Positions 58,977-64,000 of a DNA stretch of 64,000 nt are shown here, in pieces. The position numbers were made by a program, and so were the translations under genes. Source of the DNA: an uncultured Candidatus Marinamargulisbacteria bacterium (lineage in GTDB: Bacteria; Margulisbacteria; Riflemargulisbacteria; GWF2-35-9; DYQY01). The first letter of the stretch is position 1; the number at the start of each line of letters is the position of its first letter. The stretch is taken from NCBI GenBank assembly GCA_964429235.1, contig CAYSAQ010000002.1, positions 139,571 through 203,570 of the forward strand. Reading direction: 5' to 3'. The notes under the pieces are model-generated. The model was not told the DNA's origin, did not search any database, and saw nothing but the letters and a program-made list of their open reading frames with translations.

Positions 58977-60076
58977 TTAAGACTATCGTTGTTTCCTTTC
59001 AAGGTATATGGGTTTCCTCTTTTTCAGAGACGCAGTTAGCAAGTTTAAAAAGAAGGAGAAACATTGTTCTGCCCATTGGCAAGGTAACAGTGCCTACGTC
59101 CATGCAAGAGGAAATGATTCGTTTTTTAAGTCTATATTATTCTGAAGGTGAGAATCTGTACGGATTATTGGTTAAATATCAGCAAGTTGTAGATAAGAAG
59201 ACAAGAAAAATAGTTAAGATGCTGTTGTATAAGCTTAGGCAGGGCGAAGATTTTTGTGAAGTAATCTTAAGCGAAAGATTGTTTTGTGCCGAGGTTAGGC
59301 CATTGTTTTTAGCGGCAAGAGCACAGGGGTTATCTAAAGAGAAGCTTCTCGCAATGTCTGTAATACTAAAAAACAAACAGAAGGATAAAAAGGAGCTAAT
59401 AAAGAAAGCTATTTATCCGGCGCTGCTTGTGTGTATGAGTATGAGTATGCTTGTGTTTGTTTCTTATAATGTTATTCCAAGTTTTTCAGTTTTTTTTCAA
59501 GATAGTGGCAAGCAGGTGCCATTTTTATTAAAGGTTCTTAGTAGACAAAACGTATGGAAGTTATTGCTGGGATTGATTTTTATCGTGATGTTAGTTTGCT
59601 TCTTTTTTAAGTGGTTGAAGCCACAAATAAAGGTAAAAATACCATTGTATAGACAAAAAATTGCAGCAGTGTTTCAAGAGATTTTCTGGAGGATAAATTT
59701 AGTAGCAGTCGAAACAGGAATATCAGTTGAAGAGTTGCTTGATGACTATTTGCAACAAGATAAAAAAAGCATAGAGGGGTTTTATTTATCAACAATTCAT
59801 TCAAGGTTAAAAAGAGGGTTGTCTATGGAAGAGGCAATAGATGTTTTATTAATTGATAAAAAACAAAAAGCTTTATTGGGTATGGGCACAGATCAAGAGA
59901 GAAAAAAGCTTTTGTATTATAGTTTCTTAGAGGAAATAGAAGAGAGAAACCAACAATATCAAGGTTTAATAGTAAATATTATTAGCGGGGCAGCAATGCT
60001 TTTTATTGCAGGACTAGTCTTGTTACTTGGATATGTTTTGCTTATTCCCTTAAGTCAGATTAGTAACTTTATTTAG
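58970..60076 (+). CDS. Type II secretion / type IV pilus platform protein F family (GspF/PilC/TadC-like), divergent.
   Basis: Three hydrophobic TM segments. AIYPALLVCMSMSMLVFVSYNVIPSF...VPFLLKVL resembles the T2SSF domain. Only one clear repeat, so the assignment is tentative. Confidence 0.45.
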   Translation: MLVKTIVVSFQGIWVSSFSETQLASLKRRRNIVLPIGKVTVPTSMQEEMIRFLSLYYSEGENLYGLLVKYQQVVDKKTRKIVKMLLYKLRQGEDFCEVILSERLFCAEVRPLFLAARAQGLSKEKLLAMSVILKNKQKDKKELIKKAIYPALLVCMSMSMLVFVSYNVIPSFSVFFQDSGKQVPFLLKVLSRQNVWKLLLGLIFIVMLVCFFFKWLKPQIKVKIPLYRQKIAAVFQEIFWRINLVAVETGISVEELLDDYLQQDKKSIEGFYLSTIHSRLKRGLSMEEAIDVLLIDKKQKALLGMGTDQERKKLLYYSFLEEIEERNQQYQGLIVNIISGAAMLFIAGLVLLLGYVLLIPLSQISNFI

Positions 60077-63000
60077 AAGATAAGTTTGCCGCTAAACATC
60101 AGCCCAAGAATGGAATAATTAATACCAGTAGCATTAGCATAGTCATTTTTAATTACCATTTGTGCTTCAGAGGTGAATACAAATTTTTCAATCATTCCAT
60201 TACTTTGTTCTGTAAGTGGAACTTCTACCATAGATTTAAAGGCTCCTTTTATACGTAAGTTTTCAATGTTTTCAATTTTTGTTTCAACCGTTTTGTCTAT
60301 TAAGCTTTCTGTTTCCTCAACAGTATAAGAGTTAATGCCTCTACCCTGGTTATACTCAAGCAAGAAGCTTAGAGTTGCTTTGCTTAAAACAACACCAATT
60401 ACATCACCGATATTTTCTACTATTCCAAGAGAGAGGCTTGTTATTGGTGAGTATTTTGCTTCTAGTTTAATTGTCTGACTACTGTTTGAATTATTGCTTG
60501 CTGCATTTTTGTCTTTGTTGTTTTTTAGAGTATAGGTTCCTTTTAAGAAGAGGCCATCAAAAATCCTTGTCTCTACACCAACACCAAAGCTATATACCTC
60601 AAAGGCCTTTGGATCTAATGAGACGTTGTTTCCTGAATTTCTGGTGTAGATATCTTCATTAATTGTTTCATAACCAGTGTTTGCAATAAGGTTAGTTTTT
60701 TCAATAATCAGGTAGGCAGTTTCTAGGTTTAAGTTGAGCTTATTGTTATAGAGTCTTTGATCATAGACACTGTCTATTTGGGTAATCGCATAGTTGTCTG
60801 AGACTGTTGTGAATTGGTCAGTTTTTAAAACTTTTAGTTGTGGTTTTAGCCTAATTTTGTCAGAAAAACTAAAGCTCGAAAACAGGTCATAATCTTCTTG
60901 CAGTCGCTTTTTTAGTCCTTTAGCGGAGTCGACATAGTCATCATAAATATAACTATTATTTAGAAAAATAGGTTGTGTTTCTTCTAAAAAGATATTTTTG
61001 AAAATATTAGAGTATAGATGTGTTGTATTGTTATATGTTGTTATGCTGTTAATTGCAGAGGGAGAAGTTGTTAAGTGATATGTGAATTTTTGTTCCTCAT
61101 TTTCATTGTTTTCGTAGATATAATTTGTTTTGTATACGTTGCGAATATTTAAATTATTAATAAGTTTTAGATAGGTGGATGGTTTTACTTGAGAAGAGTG
61201 TATGATTTCTGTAGTTTTATTTTCAGTAGAGTTAGCAAATGTTTTATTTATAGAGTAGTCGAAATTTCCATTATAAAATTTATTATATTTCCAACTTGCC
61301 CCGTATTTTGTAAATTCTCCTCTGTTTTTATTTTTGCTTTTTAGAGTAGTTGTATTACCGATATTATCAAATGAAGAAGAGTTAGTGAATTTTCTAGAAA
61401 AAGGTTTGATAGTAATGGGGAAGGTTTCTTTTAAAACATTAAACTGACTAAAAGAGTATTCACTTAAATGTGTTTGTTTGTTTATTTTTTTATCGCTTTG
61501 TAGTGATTCTGATAGAGAATTTTTAAGAGCTAACGATGTGGCATTAAATAATCCAAAGGAAAGTCTATTACCAACAGCGTTAGTTGCATCTGGTGCGTAA
61601 GAGTCTAGTATTGAATTTTTTTCTGTATTAGATAAATTAAAAGAGTAGTTTGGTTTATTAAAATAAGCCAAAGCAATAGGTGGAGTGAAAGACATGTTTG
61701 TTGAGTAATTTTTTATTTGGGTTTTTATTTCTAGAGAACTAGTTGTTGTGCCCTGTGCAGTAGTTTTTTCAGTGTTTTCTTGAGAGAAGGCTCCGTTAAT
61801 TTTTATAAAGTTAATTGGGCGTAAACCTAAATCAAAAGAGTATTTTTTATTGAGATTGTCTTCTACGTCCTCATTCGCAGAGGTTTGTAATTCGGTTGTT
61901 TGTTTGTATGATGATTTTAGTCGAATATTGTTGCTAAATATTGATAGAGCATTTTTGAGTTCAAGAGTTTGTCCAACTGTTTTAAGGTCAGTGGTTCTGT
62001 TAGATTGGTCTAAGTTGTTAAAGTTATCCATTAGAATATTCGTTTGAAAGGAAGAGGGTCCAGTTGTAAGTGCAAGTAAATAGTGGCTATTTAGCTTATC
62101 AATGGGTTTTTTATTATCGTCTACGTTTGTTTCTGTTGCGTAGCTTTGAATATCTATAAGACCCCTTAGTTTAAAAATAGATATTGGCGAATAGGTTGTT
62201 TCTAATTTGTATTTATTTTCATAATATTCCAGGTATTTACCTGTTGTATTTGATTTGTATGTTGAATTTATTCTGTTTGTAAAAGCATTTGCTTGAACAG
62301 ATATTTCTTTTGATGGTTTAATTTTGGAACTTATTTGTAAAATATTTGATCCTGCAGAATATTTGGAATTTCCTACTGGGCTAAAAGTGTCATCAACATA
62401 TACGATTTCTGCGATTGTATTGTGAAAATCATTTTTAACATTTGTTCTAAGCGCAATAGCAGAACCATTTTCTTCGTAGTTTGTGACGGTTCCCCCAGAT
62501 TCGGTTGAGTAGTAGCTGTATTCTACTCTGATAGAGTCATTAGTTCCTGGGTTTAGGTCTATAAATGTTATTTGTCCACTATTTAGGTTGATATAATAAT
62601 CCATATCACGAATAGCAACATTTCCATTAATATATACAGATTCAGAGTTTTCAACTATGTTCCCTGCTGTTAAGGGGTAGGTTTCGTGAAAAAAGCCAGT
62701 GCCCAGAAAAGTATCAGTAGTAGGTACAGAATGTTTTGTATATTGTTTGTTTGATCTTGCCACATCAACAGAAAATCCAAAGTTATTGTTTATTTTTTGA
62801 TTGTAGAGTAATTCGAATTGTTCATTTACTATTTCGCCAGCATCAGGCACATTTGAGTTTGTATAATAATAGGTTACTTTGAATAAATCATCATCTGATA
62901 ATGTAGAGGGAAGACCATAGGTAATAGTTTCAGAGCTATTATCTACGGTTACACCATGTTCGTGATAGAGCATTACATATATTTGACCTTCTTTCACCTC

Positions 63001-64000
63001 GTCTACGTTAAAAACGATGTTATAGTCTAGCCCTGGCTCTAATGTTCTAAATATATCATCATCTTTTTTATATTCAATTTTAATATATGTATTGTTTGGA
63101 TCGTATTTAACAGGGTTTAGTAGGTTTGATTTTATTCTATGAGCAGCAAGGTTGTTGTAGAAAACGTTGTTTTCTATATTGCTGTTTGATCCAGAAAAGT
63201 TCCATTGTTGAGGTCCAAAATCTTTATAAAAATTATAATTTATAACTATGTTTTCGGTAGAAGATGTAGCATTTGTTAAGTTTATTGTTAATGTTCCTGT
63301 GTAAGTATCTATCTCATTATTTGTTAATAAGGCTGTGCCTCTGTATATGGAGAGAGATTCTTCAACTATTGGCCAATTACTTAGGTTTATGGTTATAGTG
63401 TTTTTCGTAGGAGAAGATAGTGTTTCAGAAGTTAGCTTGGTGTTTATATCTTCTTGTGATTTAGCAAATTGTCTTACATAGGAGAAGTTTACGTCATAGT
63501 CTAAGTCTTCTGCTTTGCTATAATTTTTTATTTCATATTGTAATTGTCTGTAGGATATGGATACTGAGTTATTATTAGGTATCGGATATTTTAGAACAAC
63601 TGTTCCTCTTTGATGATCGATTTTGTAATCACGATTAGATTCCAGAATTTTTCCTTGAAGTGAGATTGTTTCGCTATTGTTAAGTAATGGCGTGTGTTTT
63701 AGGTGTAAGGCTACTCTTTCTCCATTTCCTTTGAATTGTTCATCATATGAGTTTGTTTCAGGGGATAAATAGGAAATGTTTAAGTTTTCTAGTTTTTTAT
63801 TAGAGAACAATATAGTTCCGGCGTTGTATCTGATGTAGTAATCACTGTTTCTTTTGAGCTCAATGTCTCCAGCAAAGATTAGTTCTGATTCTAGTTCAAT
63901 AGGGAATACTTTTAGTTTAATTTGTCCTCCGATAGGTAGTGTTGTAATGTCTTTGTTTATTCTGGTTAGTTTTTTAACAATGGTTTTTTTGTTTTTATTA
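60073..64000 (-). CDS. Giant outer-membrane beta-barrel protein (more than 1300 aa), N/S/T/Y-rich, ending in Phe. The frame is open to the window end, so the true N-terminus lies beyond the window.
   Basis: C-terminus ...INYSILGLMFSGKLIF. Long alternating-strand composition. No stop codon between 63810 and 64000 in frame. Confidence 0.55.
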   Translation of the reverse strand, partial: NKNKKTIVKKLTRINKDITTLPIGGQIKLKVFPIELESELIFAGDIELKRNSDYYIRYNAGTILFSNKKLENLNISYLSPETNSYDEQFKGNGERVALHLKHTPLLNNSETISLQGKILESNRDYKIDHQRGTVVLKYPIPNNNSVSISYRQLQYEIKNYSKAEDLDYDVNFSYVRQFAKSQEDINTKLTSETLSSPTKNTITINLSNWPIVEESLSIYRGTALLTNNEIDTYTGTLTINLTNATSSTENIVINYNFYKDFGPQQWNFSGSNSNIENNVFYNNLAAHRIKSNLLNPVKYDPNNTYIKIEYKKDDDIFRTLEPGLDYNIVFNVDEVKEGQIYVMLYHEHGVTVDNSSETITYGLPSTLSDDDLFKVTYYYTNSNVPDAGEIVNEQFELLYNQKINNNFGFSVDVARSNKQYTKHSVPTTDTFLGTGFFHETYPLTAGNIVENSESVYINGNVAIRDMDYYINLNSGQITFIDLNPGTNDSIRVEYSYYSTESGGTVTNYEENGSAIALRTNVKNDFHNTIAEIVYVDDTFSPVGNSKYSAGSNILQISSKIKPSKEISVQANAFTNRINSTYKSNTTGKYLEYYENKYKLETTYSPISIFKLRGLIDIQSYATETNVDDNKKPIDKLNSHYLLALTTGPSSFQTNILMDNFNNLDQSNRTTDLKTVGQTLELKNALSIFSNNIRLKSSYKQTTELQTSANEDVEDNLNKKYSFDLGLRPINFIKINGAFSQENTEKTTAQGTTTSSLEIKTQIKNYSTNMSFTPPIALAYFNKPNYSFNLSNTEKNSILDSYAPDATNAVGNRLSFGLFNATSLALKNSLSESLQSDKKINKQTHLSEYSFSQFNVLKETFPITIKPFSRKFTNSSSFDNIGNTTTLKSKNKNRGEFTKYGASWKYNKFYNGNFDYSINKTFANSTENKTTEIIHSSQVKPSTYLKLINNLNIRNVYKTNYIYENNENEEQKFTYHLTTSPSAINSITTYNNTTHLYSNIFKNIFLEETQPIFLNNSYIYDDYVDSAKGLKKRLQEDYDLFSSFSFSDKIRLKPQLKVLKTDQFTTVSDNYAITQIDSVYDQRLYNNKLNLNLETAYLIIEKTNLIANTGYETINEDIYTRNSGNNVSLDPKAFEVYSFGVGVETRIFDGLFLKGTYTLKNNKDKNAASNNSNSSQTIKLEAKYSPITSLSLGIVENIGDVIGVVLSKATLSFLLEYNQGRGINSYTVEETESLIDKTVETKIENIENLRIKGAFKSMVEVPLTEQSNGMIEKFVFTSEAQMVIKNDYANATGINYSILGLMFSGKLIF

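Noticed and set aside
1-64000. CRISPR arrays, transposases or IS elements, integrases, prophage genes.
   Set aside because: No tandem direct repeats with unique spacers, no DDE or tyrosine-recombinase-like ORFs, and no phage structural genes were seen. The only short tandem motifs (GTATGA x2-3 at 26548 and 59438) are trivial.

Overview
This is an AT-rich (roughly one-third GC by eye) bacterial chromosomal window around the replication origin. It carries a thiF-lipoprotein-thiG-thiH-thiS cluster, then dnaA-dnaN-recF-DUF721-like-gyrB-gyrA-ychF. It also carries the rpsP-KH-ylqD-rimM-trmD-rplS-lepB operon, tRNA-Arg(ACG), a clpC-like gene, hup and a tail-less ssb. Other housekeeping genes are glgP (partial), nadE, rsmG-parA-parB, dus, trmL, lepA, hemW, rlmN, metG and tatD. 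Several features point to a diderm that uses T9SS-like sorting: beta-barrel outer-membrane proteins ending in Phe, a pseudopilin, a GspF-like protein and two cargo proteins with T9SS-type C-terminal sorting domains. That fits the FCB group or a candidate phylum, but the phylum cannot be fixed from this sequence alone. The stand-out locus is a tight co-directional operon at about 44.9-56.7 kb. It encodes a FliF-ring-motif/FliG-like fusion protein, a second short FliG-like protein, a MotA/MotB stator pair (MotB keeps the conserved TM Asp) and a 2594-aa repetitive surface protein with a T9SS-type C-terminal domain. I interpret this as a candidate flagellum-independent, ion-driven rotor/stator module linked to a giant adhesin, and as previously undescribed. 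Other notable items are listed below.

- A perfect palindrome, TGTTTCACGTGAAACA, occurs three times around the nadE/rsmG divergent start region.
- A 19-nt direct repeat of the tRNA-Arg 3' end sits about 150 bp downstream of the tRNA.
- An apparent 1-nt frameshift splits an RCC1-repeat/T9SS-CTD protein, which is translationally coupled to a FadL/PorV/PorP-like outer-membrane gene.
- rlmN lies next to a U32-family gene.
- An EF-hand plus C39-like peptidase-domain protein sits among lineage-specific hypothetical proteins.
- A giant outer-membrane beta-barrel gene of more than 1300 aa runs off the window end.

No transposase, integrase or CRISPR array was seen.
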